DNA of 64,000 nucleotides from Patescibacteria group bacterium (GTDB lineage Bacteria > Patescibacteriota > Microgenomatia > UBA1400 > Chisholmbacteraceae), in NCBI GenBank assembly GCA_022564195.1, contig JADFLW010000004.1, positions 815 through 64,814 of the forward strand, read 5' to 3'. Positions 1 to 7,561 of this stretch are shown here, in pieces; the first letter of the stretch is position 1; the number at the start of each line of letters is the position of its first letter. Under the pieces are notes generated by a model. That model was given only the letters and a program-made list of their open reading frames with translations, had not been told where the DNA came from and did not search any database. The position numbers were made by a program, and so were the translations under genes.

Positions 1-928
1 TCATGTAAATTCTTATGGCGGACCTGAAGTTTTGGATATAAAGGATGGCTTAGATTCTCCTTCTCCTGAAGAAAATCAAATACAAGTAGAGATGCATGCT
101 GCAAGCGTTAACCCCTTTGACGTCAAAGTAGTGTCAGGTATGTTCAAAGATCATATGCCTTTAAAATTTCCAACAATACCTGGCGGAGATTATGCAGGAG
201 TGGTTTCTTCTTTGGGTGAAGGTGTAACAGATTTTAAGGTTGGAGATAAAGTTTATGGATCGGCAAATGTTGTCAACGGCGGGTTAGGATCCTACGCAGA
301 AGTTTCTGTTGCCAATGTTAAAAATTCTGCTCACATGCCCAGTACTATAAGCTTTGAAGATGCGGCGGCACTTTCTCTTGTGGGCTCCAGCGCAGTACAG
401 GCTCTTGAACAGCATATAAAACTTAAAAAAGGACAAAATATTCTCATTCACGGAGGAGCTGGTGGAATCGGACATTTGGCAATTCAACTTGCGAAATCAA
501 TCGGAGCCTATGTTGCGACCACTGTCAGTACCGATGATGTAGACTATGCCAAAAGCTTGGGTGCAGATGAAGTAATTGACTACAAAAAGCAAAATTTTGA
601 AGAAGAATTGAGTAATTTTGACGCCGTTTATGATCTGGTTGGAGGCGAAACTACAGAAAAGTCCTTTAAGGTACTAAAAAGGGGTGGAGTTTTAGTCTCA
701 ATGCTTGGAGCACCAAACGAAGAGTTAGCTAGAAAGCATGGAGTTACTGCAGTCGGCCAAGGTACAAAAACAGAGACTGAGAATCTTACTCGTGTAGCAG
801 AGTTAGTAGATGCAGGAAAAATTAAGGTAAATGTGGATAAAGTATTTCAGCTCGATGCGGTAAAAGACGCATTCGCGTATCAAGAAGAAAATTCTCCTCG
901 AGGAAAAGTGGTCTTAAAGATTAAGTAA
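1..928 (+). CDS. Zn-dependent alcohol dehydrogenase / NADPH:quinone oxidoreductase family protein (MDR superfamily), 5' end outside window
   Basis: The translation (…YGGPEVLDIKDG…GGDYAGVV…KVGDKVYG…GGAGGIGHLAIQLAK…) matches the quinone-oxidoreductase architecture, with a GxGxxG Rossmann motif. The reading frame is open to position 2, so the N-terminus is truncated by the window edge. Confidence 0.8.
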   Translation, partial: HVNSYGGPEVLDIKDGLDSPSPEENQIQVEMHAASVNPFDVKVVSGMFKDHMPLKFPTIPGGDYAGVVSSLGEGVTDFKVGDKVYGSANVVNGGLGSYAEVSVANVKNSAHMPSTISFEDAAALSLVGSSAVQALEQHIKLKKGQNILIHGGAGGIGHLAIQLAKSIGAYVATTVSTDDVDYAKSLGADEVIDYKKQNFEEELSNFDAVYDLVGGETTEKSFKVLKRGGVLVSMLGAPNEELARKHGVTAVGQGTKTETENLTRVAELVDAGKIKVNVDKVFQLDAVKDAFAYQEENSPRGKVVLKIK

Positions 929-958
929 TTTGTCTTCAAATAAATTTAAGAAATTCCC

Positions 959-976
959 CCGAAAATTCTGGTAAAA
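959..976 (+). promoter_or_regulatory. Copy 1 of the repeated motif CGAAAATTCTGGTAAAAT
   Basis: The same 18-mer recurs at 1064-1081. It contains TGGTAAAAT, which resembles an extended -10 box. This copy lies upstream of a hairpin plus T-run. Confidence 0.3.
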
Positions 977-984
977 TATTTCCA

Positions 985-1007
985 CTGCCCGCAAGGGTAG
1001 TTTTTTT
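985..1007 (+). terminator. Candidate intrinsic terminator after the oxidoreductase gene
   Basis: ctgcccGCAAgggtag forms a 6-bp stem with a GCAA tetraloop, followed immediately by tttttttgggg. Confidence 0.5.
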
Positions 1008-1063
1008 GGGGTTGAGGTTTTGAGATTTTCTTCAGCGGCGGTTTTTTAAAAAATTAATCCCAC

Positions 1064-1081
1064 GAAAATTCTGGTAAAATT
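1064..1081 (+). promoter_or_regulatory. Copy 2 of the CGAAAATTCTGGTAAAAT motif; extended -10-like element 6 nt upstream of the TfoX-like ATG (leaderless arrangement)
   Basis: TGGTAAAAT ends about 6 nt before the ATG at 1087. There is no Shine-Dalgarno sequence. Confidence 0.4.
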
Positions 1082-1086
1082 CGCTT

Positions 1087-1416
1087 ATGGCATATGATGA
1101 AGGACTGGCACAAAGATTGAGAGAGTTTTTTGAGGGAAAAGGGAATGTGGTTGAAAAGAAAATGTTTGGCGGGATTGCATTTATGGTAGATGAGAAAATG
1201 TGCGTTGGAGTCAGCAGAGATCATTTGATGGCGAGAGTGGGAAAAGAGCAGGAAGAAAAGGCGCTAAAAATGCCTCACACAAAACCGATGGACTTTACCG
1301 GCAGACCGATGAAAGGGTTTATTTATGTCGAGCCGAAGGGGATTGAAGAAGACGGAGACCTCGAGAAATTCATTAACCTAAGCCAAAACTACGTAAATTC
1401 CCTCCCGAAAAAGTAA
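1087..1416 (+). CDS. TfoX/Sxy N-terminal domain protein (competence-regulator-like)
   Basis: The sequence MAYDEGLAQRLRE…KKMFGGIAFMVDEKMCVGV…FIYVEP is typical of stand-alone TfoX_N domain proteins. Confidence 0.6.
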   Translation: MAYDEGLAQRLREFFEGKGNVVEKKMFGGIAFMVDEKMCVGVSRDHLMARVGKEQEEKALKMPHTKPMDFTGRPMKGFIYVEPKGIEEDGDLEKFINLSQNYVNSLPKK

Positions 1417-1445
1417 ATTTCCCCTCGTGTTAAAATACCCTTCAT

Positions 1446-1835
1446 ATGGAGCTACCATTTACACCATCCTTTTTTAAGAAGCTGAATATTTTCGAAGAGC
1501 TTAATAATTACAACAAGGTTGATCCTAGAAGGGGTACCTGGTCAAAAGAGAAAAAAGTTCTAGGATGGGCAAGTTCTAAGGAGAACACAAATAGAGGAAG
1601 ACGATTGACGAAAAATATAGTTAAGAACATTCTGGACGAAAAGGGAAGTAGAAATCACCTCATTGAGGAAGCTCAAGAAGTATTAAACAGTCTTGAGTCG
1701 CGCAAGTTTTTGAGTCGGTTTGAATATGGGGAGAGTGGTCTATTTAACGAAAGGGCATTCTTAGCTGGGAAGATCTTACTTGATACCAAAAACCTAAAAA
1801 GAAGCGGCTATTATTTATTTTGGACAGTGTTGTGA
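1446..1835 (+). CDS. Hypothetical protein
   Basis: A 129-aa ORF in the AT-rich island. The element TGTTAAAAT lies 9 nt upstream of the ATG. No recognisable domain. Confidence 0.4.
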   Translation: MELPFTPSFFKKLNIFEELNNYNKVDPRRGTWSKEKKVLGWASSKENTNRGRRLTKNIVKNILDEKGSRNHLIEEAQEVLNSLESRKFLSRFEYGESGLFNERAFLAGKILLDTKNLKRSGYYLFWTVL

Positions 1836-1913
1836 TGGTTTGTTTTCTTTGGGGGATTATTGATATTGATTCTTGAAATTTATAAACGCCTGTCAGAATT
1901 AAATTTTTGGTAG

Positions 1914-1933
1914 TAACCATTTCCTGCGCGGGT
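1914..1933 (+). promoter_or_regulatory. Repeated upstream motif AACCATTTCCTGCGCGGGTT (copy A), followed by TCTTCTG and a TAATAT -10 box just before the ATG at 1967
   Basis: It is near-identical to 2257-2277 and has a truncated copy at about 3318. Confidence 0.45.
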
Positions 1934-1966
1934 TATTAACGAGAAATCTTCTGTTAATATATAGCT

Positions 1967-2221
1967 ATGAATGCGGTGGACATACTTGGCTACGTTGCAG
2001 GAATACTTGTAGTAATATCCCTGCTACCTCAAACAATCAAAAGTTGGAAAACAAAGTCAACTAAGGACTTATCACTTAAGAGATATATTATTTACATAAC
2101 CGGCTTAATCTTGTGGATTACGTACGCCATAATTATTAAAAACGGACCAGTGGCTGTAATGAATAGTATTGGGCTAATCCTTGCCTCGTCTATTTTGTAT
2201 TTAAAATTGAGACATGGATAA
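1967..2221 (+). CDS. SemiSWEET / PQ-loop (MtN3) small sugar transporter-like membrane protein
   Basis: 84 aa with three predicted TM helices. The motif LLPQTIKSWKTKS is PQ-loop-like, and the size is typical of bacterial SemiSWEETs. Confidence 0.55.
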   Translation: MNAVDILGYVAGILVVISLLPQTIKSWKTKSTKDLSLKRYIIYITGLILWITYAIIIKNGPVAVMNSIGLILASSILYLKLRHG

Positions 2222-2256
2222 GAAGCCATCTTAGGATTTTTTAGAAAATTGCTTCA

Positions 2257-2277
2257 AGAAACCATTTCCTGCGTGGG
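2257..2277 (+). promoter_or_regulatory. Repeated upstream motif AACCATTTCCTGCGTGGGGTT (copy B), followed by TCTTCTG, TATAAT and the ATG at 2302
   Basis: The architecture matches copy A. TATAAT lies 9 nt from the ATG and there is no Shine-Dalgarno sequence. Confidence 0.45.
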
Positions 2278-2301
2278 GTTGAAAAAGTCTTCTGATATAA
2301 T

Positions 2302-3288
2302 TTGTTCCAGATGAAAACGAGTGAATTCCAAAAGAGAATTGGTTATGAAGGAGAGCTTGAGAAGGTTGTTGGTAAAGTTGCAGAAGATTTTAGCTTAGGG
2401 GAATATTTGAGATATAGAGTAATTGAGTCGGGTTACGAAGATCTCAACGTTGTAATAACAACAGATAATGGTAAGTACTTTATAAAAATGCTTGCTACTT
2501 TTAGAGATAACAAGGGCTGTAAGAGATATGTAGATATTATGCATACGGCTCTTGAGGCTGGAGTAAGCCATCCAAGACTCCTTCGATCTTCTAAAGGGTA
2601 TTTATATGTAAATAATTTTGACGGGACGGAAATTAGACTGGTCGTAATGGAACATATTGATGGAAAGACTCTTTATGATTCAAGGGAAAAAGTAAGTTTT
2701 GAGGATGCAAGGTTTTTGGTTCAACAAGCAGCCCTAATTAACAAAATTAACTTACAAGTTCCTTTTGTTTATGACAGCTGGGCGGTAGTTAATTTTCTAA
2801 AAGAGTGGAAAGAAAACAAAGAAGCATTTCCCGAAAACGATAAAGTTCTAATTGGCCCACTATTTAACAAATTTTCAAAGCTAGATGTCAAATTTCTCCC
2901 CACTGCTTTTGTACACGGAGACATCATTAGAACCAATGTAATGAGAGATGAAAACGGAGAGTTATACATTTTAGATTTTTCAGTTGCGAACAACTATCCA
3001 AGAATTCAAGAGCTTGCGGTTCTGCTTTGTAACTTACTTTATGATGATAAAAATCCTGGAGATTTCATGGGTTACTATGAACTTGCGTTAGATGAATACA
3101 AGAAACGAAATGAATTGACTAAGTTAGAGGTTAAATCTCTTCCCTTATATCTGAAAGCAGCTCACGCAATGCATATTATTGGAGCAGGAAAAGAGAAGTA
3201 CAAAGAAGATAATAAATCTGAAGAAAACGAGTATTGGTTAAGCCAAGGAAGGAAAGGTCTTAGAGATATGAATAAACTATTCAAATAA
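2302..3288 (+). CDS. Phosphotransferase enzyme family protein (aminoglycoside phosphotransferase / homoserine kinase II-like)
   Basis: A Brenner-type catalytic motif HGDIIRTNVM is followed by ILDFSVAN, the DFG-equivalent, as in APH/choline-kinase-like kinases. Confidence 0.75.
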   Translation: MFQMKTSEFQKRIGYEGELEKVVGKVAEDFSLGEYLRYRVIESGYEDLNVVITTDNGKYFIKMLATFRDNKGCKRYVDIMHTALEAGVSHPRLLRSSKGYLYVNNFDGTEIRLVVMEHIDGKTLYDSREKVSFEDARFLVQQAALINKINLQVPFVYDSWAVVNFLKEWKENKEAFPENDKVLIGPLFNKFSKLDVKFLPTAFVHGDIIRTNVMRDENGELYILDFSVANNYPRIQELAVLLCNLLYDDKNPGDFMGYYELALDEYKKRNELTKLEVKSLPLYLKAAHAMHIIGAGKEKYKEDNKSEENEYWLSQGRKGLRDMNKLFK

Positions 3289-3327
3289 CTAGCCAGCAAG
3301 CTTTCTGACAAATTAAGAAACCATTTC

Positions 3328-3651
3328 CTATGGCAGCAGAAGTACGAGGAGCCAGAGGGGGAGAGAGGCGAGGGTCAATACTCCCAAGTATCCCATTCGA
3401 TTTCTTTTGAGGACCAGATAGCTTCCGACGATTCCAAATATATCAAGTGGGTAGGTGACGATGCCGCAATAGGAGGCGCACCAGCGGTGCTGCCAGTGGA
3501 GAATGTTGGTGAAGGCACTGTCGAATCCCAGCGTCTGCAAGGCGTCGCGGATCAAGTGATACACGGAAAAGAGGAGTATCGTGATGAAGACTGCGCGGGC
3601 GAATTTGTTCATCGCGAGTTTTATTGTCTTCGATTTCCTGAGCCAATTCAA
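3328..3651 (-). CDS. Hypothetical small membrane protein
   Basis: 107 aa with two or three hydrophobic helices. It lies in the GC-rich segment just right of the island. No homology recognised. Confidence 0.3.
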   Translation of the reverse strand: MNWLRKSKTIKLAMNKFARAVFITILLFSVYHLIRDALQTLGFDSAFTNILHWQHRWCASYCGIVTYPLDIFGIVGSYLVLKRNRMGYLGVLTLASLPLWLLVLLLP

Positions 3652-3686
3652 TATTGAAGATGAGTCGATTCGTATATACTACATCC

Positions 3687-3776
3687 ATGGATGTAGACGA
3701 GCTCAAGAAAATCGCCCAGAAGATTGTCGAGAAGGCTACGAAGCTCAAAAAGGAATATCAGCACCTTTTGCGTTAA
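3687..3776 (+). pseudogene. 29-codon fragment paralogous to the N-terminus of the ORF at 5254-5733
   Basis: MDVDELKKIAQKIVEKATKLKKEY aligns with MNVGDLKQLVQLIIEKATKLKNKH of the 5254 ORF. The two share a 22-nt identical DNA stretch, tcgagaaggctacgaagctcaa. The fragment ends at a TAA after 29 codons. Confidence 0.4.
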
Positions 3777-3825
3777 GCCTCTTCACGGTTGTGTTGCTTC
3801 GGAACTTGACTGTTGGTGTATCATC

Positions 3826-4167
3826 ATGGATGTTGTACGCGAATGTTTTGTGAATTCTATGACAAAAGAGAGGATCAGTATCGTTGGACAGGGACCGCCG
3901 GATGTTCTTAAAGTCGAAGAAGCATGGGTCCAGTCCATCGTCGACAGCACTAAGCCCTTCTCTGTGGGGTTTCTCCGTGCCAGGCATCTTGATGGTTCTA
4001 TGCCACCTGAGATGTGCCGTCGTGCATGGCAAGCGAATGACTCCACCGTTTTGGTATACACCGATGAGTCAGGTGAGGAACAAGAATTGCCGGTCATTGC
4101 CGTGCGCACGAGCGGCGAAGATGGGGAGACTGTTCACGAATTCTGGGTCAAGCTTCCAGAGGAGTAA
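3826..4167 (+). CDS. Hypothetical protein
   Basis: An ORF with an acidic C-terminus and no recognisable domain. The start is ambiguous; the ORF track's longest version begins at 3724. Confidence 0.3.
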   Translation: MDVVRECFVNSMTKERISIVGQGPPDVLKVEEAWVQSIVDSTKPFSVGFLRARHLDGSMPPEMCRRAWQANDSTVLVYTDESGEEQELPVIAVRTSGEDGETVHEFWVKLPEE

Positions 4168-4239
4168 CTTGCGGCAAATTCCCGCCACTTGACCTATAGT
4201 AGTATACTTATCACTATCAGTACATTAGGTAAGAAATGT

Positions 4240-4641
4240 ATGCTTAGAAGAAGAGAACAGTTATCAACGAGTGAAGAAGTGCAGCAAAGTAAATGGCAGC
4301 AGGTGCTATGGAGTGGCGCAATTGCGGGATGGGCAAGGCAGATGGAAGGGGAAGAGTATGAGGGAAGGGAATGGGAATTTTCGGCTGAGCTGCCAGGGGT
4401 TACTGATCCCGAGTCTGTGAAGCTCGGCTTTTCTGCGGATGCCGAATTACGTCAGAACTTCTACACTATTTCTTATAAGCTCATGAATTCAGGGGTATGG
4501 CAGCTTCTGATGTATCGTGAGACAACAGACAGTGGAAACTTCTTGTCCGTATTCAGTGCTCACATAAGCGGAGAACTAGAAAAGCAGGTGGGTTCTTCTA
4601 ACATGGATCGGCAATCTCAAGCCGAGCCGATTGAGTTGTAG
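4240..4641 (+). CDS. Hypothetical protein
   Basis: An ORF with a possible -35 box TTGACC upstream. No recognisable domain. Confidence 0.3.
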   Translation: MLRRREQLSTSEEVQQSKWQQVLWSGAIAGWARQMEGEEYEGREWEFSAELPGVTDPESVKLGFSADAELRQNFYTISYKLMNSGVWQLLMYRETTDSGNFLSVFSAHISGELEKQVGSSNMDRQSQAEPIEL

Positions 4642-4706
4642 CGATCTTCGTCCCGCTTTCTTTTTGGCCATGAGAATACTTCAATTGTCCCTGATATAAT
4701 GCCTTC

Positions 4707-5207
4707 ATGAGCGATTATGGTCTCATCCTTGATCTCATCAATAAGGAAGACGAAGTACTTCAGTCGCTTCCGAGTAGAGAAGTACACGAGAAAGGGCTGT
4801 TGCACAGAGCTATGCATATCTTGATTGTAAACAGCAAAGGTCAAATTTTTGTGCGCCAAAGAAGTCTTCAGAAAGAGCTTTATCCTGGTGTTTGGTCAAC
4901 GTCGGTCGGGGAGCACGTGGCTTCCGGGGCCTCATATGACGAGACCGCAGAACGGGCACTGAAAGAATTTCTTGGTCTGGAGTGTGAGCTGACTCTGTTA
5001 GGGAAGATACGCGTCAAGGATGAGATAGAGAATGAGCTTATGGCTGTCTATCTTGGGAGAGCAGATGACATCCCCCACATTAGCTCAAAACACATGGAGG
5101 GTGGGGAGTTTTTGTCCGAGGAAAGAATCCAAGCTCTCCTCAGGCAAGGCAAAGCAACCTCGCATCTCAAGGAAGCGGTCGAACTTATGAAGTCAAGGGA
5201 CAGTTAG
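4707..5207 (+). CDS. NUDIX hydrolase (IDI-like subfamily)
   Basis: LHRAMHILIVNSKGQIFVRQRS…YPGVWSTSVGEHV…ETAERALKEFLG resembles the IPP-isomerase type 1 N-terminal region and carries a Nudix box (GX5EX7REUXEE-like). The IDI catalytic Cys is absent. TATAAT lies 6 nt upstream of the ATG. Confidence 0.7.
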   Translation: MSDYGLILDLINKEDEVLQSLPSREVHEKGLLHRAMHILIVNSKGQIFVRQRSLQKELYPGVWSTSVGEHVASGASYDETAERALKEFLGLECELTLLGKIRVKDEIENELMAVYLGRADDIPHISSKHMEGGEFLSEERIQALLRQGKATSHLKEAVELMKSRDS

Positions 5208-5253
5208 CAGTCAATGATTATGTTCCACGCTCAGCGTGAAACCTTCTAGATAG

Positions 5254-5733
5254 ATGAAAACAGCATCCATGAACGTCGGCGATCTCAAACAGCTTGTTCA
5301 GCTCATAATCGAGAAGGCTACGAAGCTCAAGAACAAACATACGGAGGAGAAGAACGCGACGGTCAACTATGCTTGTGTCTTTTCGCAGAGTCCGGAGGAA
5401 TATGAGGCATTACTTTCTGCCGCTCGTAAGCTAGGTTCGGTGGTTAAGGAGACGTCTACTGGGCCTTTGTTTCGGGTAGAACCGCTCCAGACTGTCTCTG
5501 GGCCACTTCAGCTCCTTAAAGTGCGTGCTCCTGATAAGACCCGACCCGAACGTGGGGACGCAGACTTTACTGTTGCTGACTATCCTGCCTTCAAGAAGGG
5601 AAACTTGGATCGGCCTGGGTTTAAGCTCATTGAGCGCGAGGAGTTCGAGATGATCGAGCTTATGGATCCTGAGTTTAACGTCAGAGCGTATTTTTCGCAT
5701 CCACCGCTTGATCAGCAGTTGGGGTTGGTTTAG
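5254..5733 (+). CDS. Hypothetical protein (paralogous N-terminal fragment at 3687)
   Basis: A 159-aa ORF with no recognised domain. Confidence 0.45.
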   Translation: MKTASMNVGDLKQLVQLIIEKATKLKNKHTEEKNATVNYACVFSQSPEEYEALLSAARKLGSVVKETSTGPLFRVEPLQTVSGPLQLLKVRAPDKTRPERGDADFTVADYPAFKKGNLDRPGFKLIEREEFEMIELMDPEFNVRAYFSHPPLDQQLGLV

Positions 5734-5865
5734 AAGAGCTAAGTTTTTTCCTGCCTTCTTTTTGGATGACTGCTGAATTCGTTGCCTTTTCCTTTCTCTC
5801 CGTAGCGTTCTAGGAGTGTGGAGACTGATCTACCTGATTTTGAATAGTGTTACAATTGAGCCGCG

Positions 5866-6597
5866 ATGGTGGTTTCTCTAGATACAATCAAGCAAAAACT
5901 TCTTGCTAACGATCGGTTTCGGATTGTGTTTCTCGGAGATTCACTTACTTCCCCAGAATGGGTACATCCTAACTGGAGGGAGATCGTTGAGTATGTCATA
6001 AAGGAAGAATTGGCAAAGAAAATGGGCGATTGGAAGCCTTCTTCTTGGGGTGTGCGGGGTATTAATTCAGGGTTGGATGGTGCAACGAGTAAGGATCTTT
6101 TAGAGCGTTTGGATAGCGATGTCTTCACTTACTCTCCGGAGATGGTTTTCTGCTCGATCGGAATCAATGATATTTATTTCGACATCAGCGCCAAAGAACA
6201 TCAGGAGAATGTAAAGAAACTTCTTCGAAAAATCGCATCCAAAGTAGAGCATGTTGTATTTTGCACTTCGATAGCAACAGACCGTGAATCGCTGAATCGG
6301 ACATACGCAGACTATGTGAAAGCCGATAAGGTTCTTTTTCCAATGAAGGGGGTTGGGTTTGTGAATCTCTTTGAACGGTACCAGAAATTTGATCTTAAGA
6401 GATTTTTTACTTTTGTTTCTGGTGGAAATGAGGTTGTTGGAATCAAGCCTGGGGAGATTGATTATCTGCATCCCAATCAGTTAGGAAATGCGTACGTAGC
6501 TAAGGTGATTTTGGCGGAGGCATTTGGAGTAGAATTTGATCCAGAGGTTTACATCAAAGACTCTCAAAACGAAGCGGTACAGTATCCCAGTTATTGA
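5866..6597 (+). CDS. SGNH/GDSL family hydrolase
   Basis: RIVFLGDSLTS is the GDSL block I and GINDI is block III. Confidence 0.75.
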   Translation: MVVSLDTIKQKLLANDRFRIVFLGDSLTSPEWVHPNWREIVEYVIKEELAKKMGDWKPSSWGVRGINSGLDGATSKDLLERLDSDVFTYSPEMVFCSIGINDIYFDISAKEHQENVKKLLRKIASKVEHVVFCTSIATDRESLNRTYADYVKADKVLFPMKGVGFVNLFERYQKFDLKRFFTFVSGGNEVVGIKPGEIDYLHPNQLGNAYVAKVILAEAFGVEFDPEVYIKDSQNEAVQYPSY

Positions 6598-6782
6598 TTT
6601 TAAGAGAAGTTGATGTTTTGGATGATGGGTTCTTCGGCTTTTCCCCAACGCACCAGTCCCGCCACTGAGCCAGACTCGGTGGAGACTCACTTTCACTCCG
6701 GGGGGGGTATCATGGTGAGTTTGCGACCCCGATGAGCGCACTCTGGATTGCATTTGGTACAATACGGCTGGAGGTGAATCAC

Positions 6783-7520
6783 GTGTCCTTGCGAAAAGAG
6801 CAACACGAGATGTTTGGACCTGCCCCAAAGGATCCTCTTGACGATCCGCAATTCCGCGCTGATCTTTCTCGGATTCAGCGACGGCTCGATCAAGAGGCGG
6901 CGGAGGTGCGGGAGCGTGCAGAAGCAGCTGATCGGAACTTCGTGGAAGTCATCGAGCCGAGAAAGAGAGGGTACGCTGAGGCGCTGGGGATGACACTTGA
7001 GGATCTTGCGAAAGAGGCAAAGGATCCTCTACGATTCCAGATCATCGCCACAGTTGCCATGGAAGAGGGGCTTTCTTTTGCTGAGGCTCGGGAGACTTAT
7101 AATGACGTGCTGGTTGAGCTGATGGAGCCGCTTGACGAGGTGGTGGAGCTGGCGCATCCGGTCATGCGATCTCGCTTTGGGACGCTGGTTCTCCCGAAAC
7201 ACAAGCGCAAGGTCGTGAGACGACTCTGGGCGAGAGAACAATGGCCGAGGAAAACGAGGGAGGAAATTGCCAACAGCCCCTCCTGGAGGGCGGCGGTTGA
7301 GCGATTTAGACAACGGAAAGAGGAGGGACTGTTGTATGAGTTTGAGAAACGCTCGGGGATACGTATTCTGCCTGACGAGCGGATTGCTAGGGATTTCCAG
7401 CCCACTCAAATACTAGAGTCAACTTCACAAAACGAGCCGCAAGTCGATGATGCGCTTCAACCCACGCAACTTCCGCTTTGGGATCCCAATCAAGACCTGC
7501 GCTCTGACGAAAGCGGCTAA
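6783..7520 (+). CDS. Hypothetical protein
   Basis: An ORF with a probable GTG start at 6783, preceded by the Shine-Dalgarno sequence GGAGGTGA. The ORF track's longer version starts at 6732. No domain recognised. Confidence 0.45.
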   Translation: MSLRKEQHEMFGPAPKDPLDDPQFRADLSRIQRRLDQEAAEVRERAEAADRNFVEVIEPRKRGYAEALGMTLEDLAKEAKDPLRFQIIATVAMEEGLSFAEARETYNDVLVELMEPLDEVVELAHPVMRSRFGTLVLPKHKRKVVRRLWAREQWPRKTREEIANSPSWRAAVERFRQRKEEGLLYEFEKRSGIRILPDERIARDFQPTQILESTSQNEPQVDDALQPTQLPLWDPNQDLRSDESG

Positions 7521-7561
7521 ATGCTTCGTGTTTTGCCTTCGCTCCTTTGTGATTTCTAAAG

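Noticed and set aside
3581-4192. Overlapping ORFs on both strands in 3443-4192 (3443-3748 -, 3581-3853 +, 3745-4032 -, 3783-4109 -, 3884-4192 +).
   Set aside because: They are mutually exclusive and lack homology. They are most likely chance frames in a GC-rich, possibly decaying segment. Only the least-conflicting + strand candidates were kept, at low confidence.
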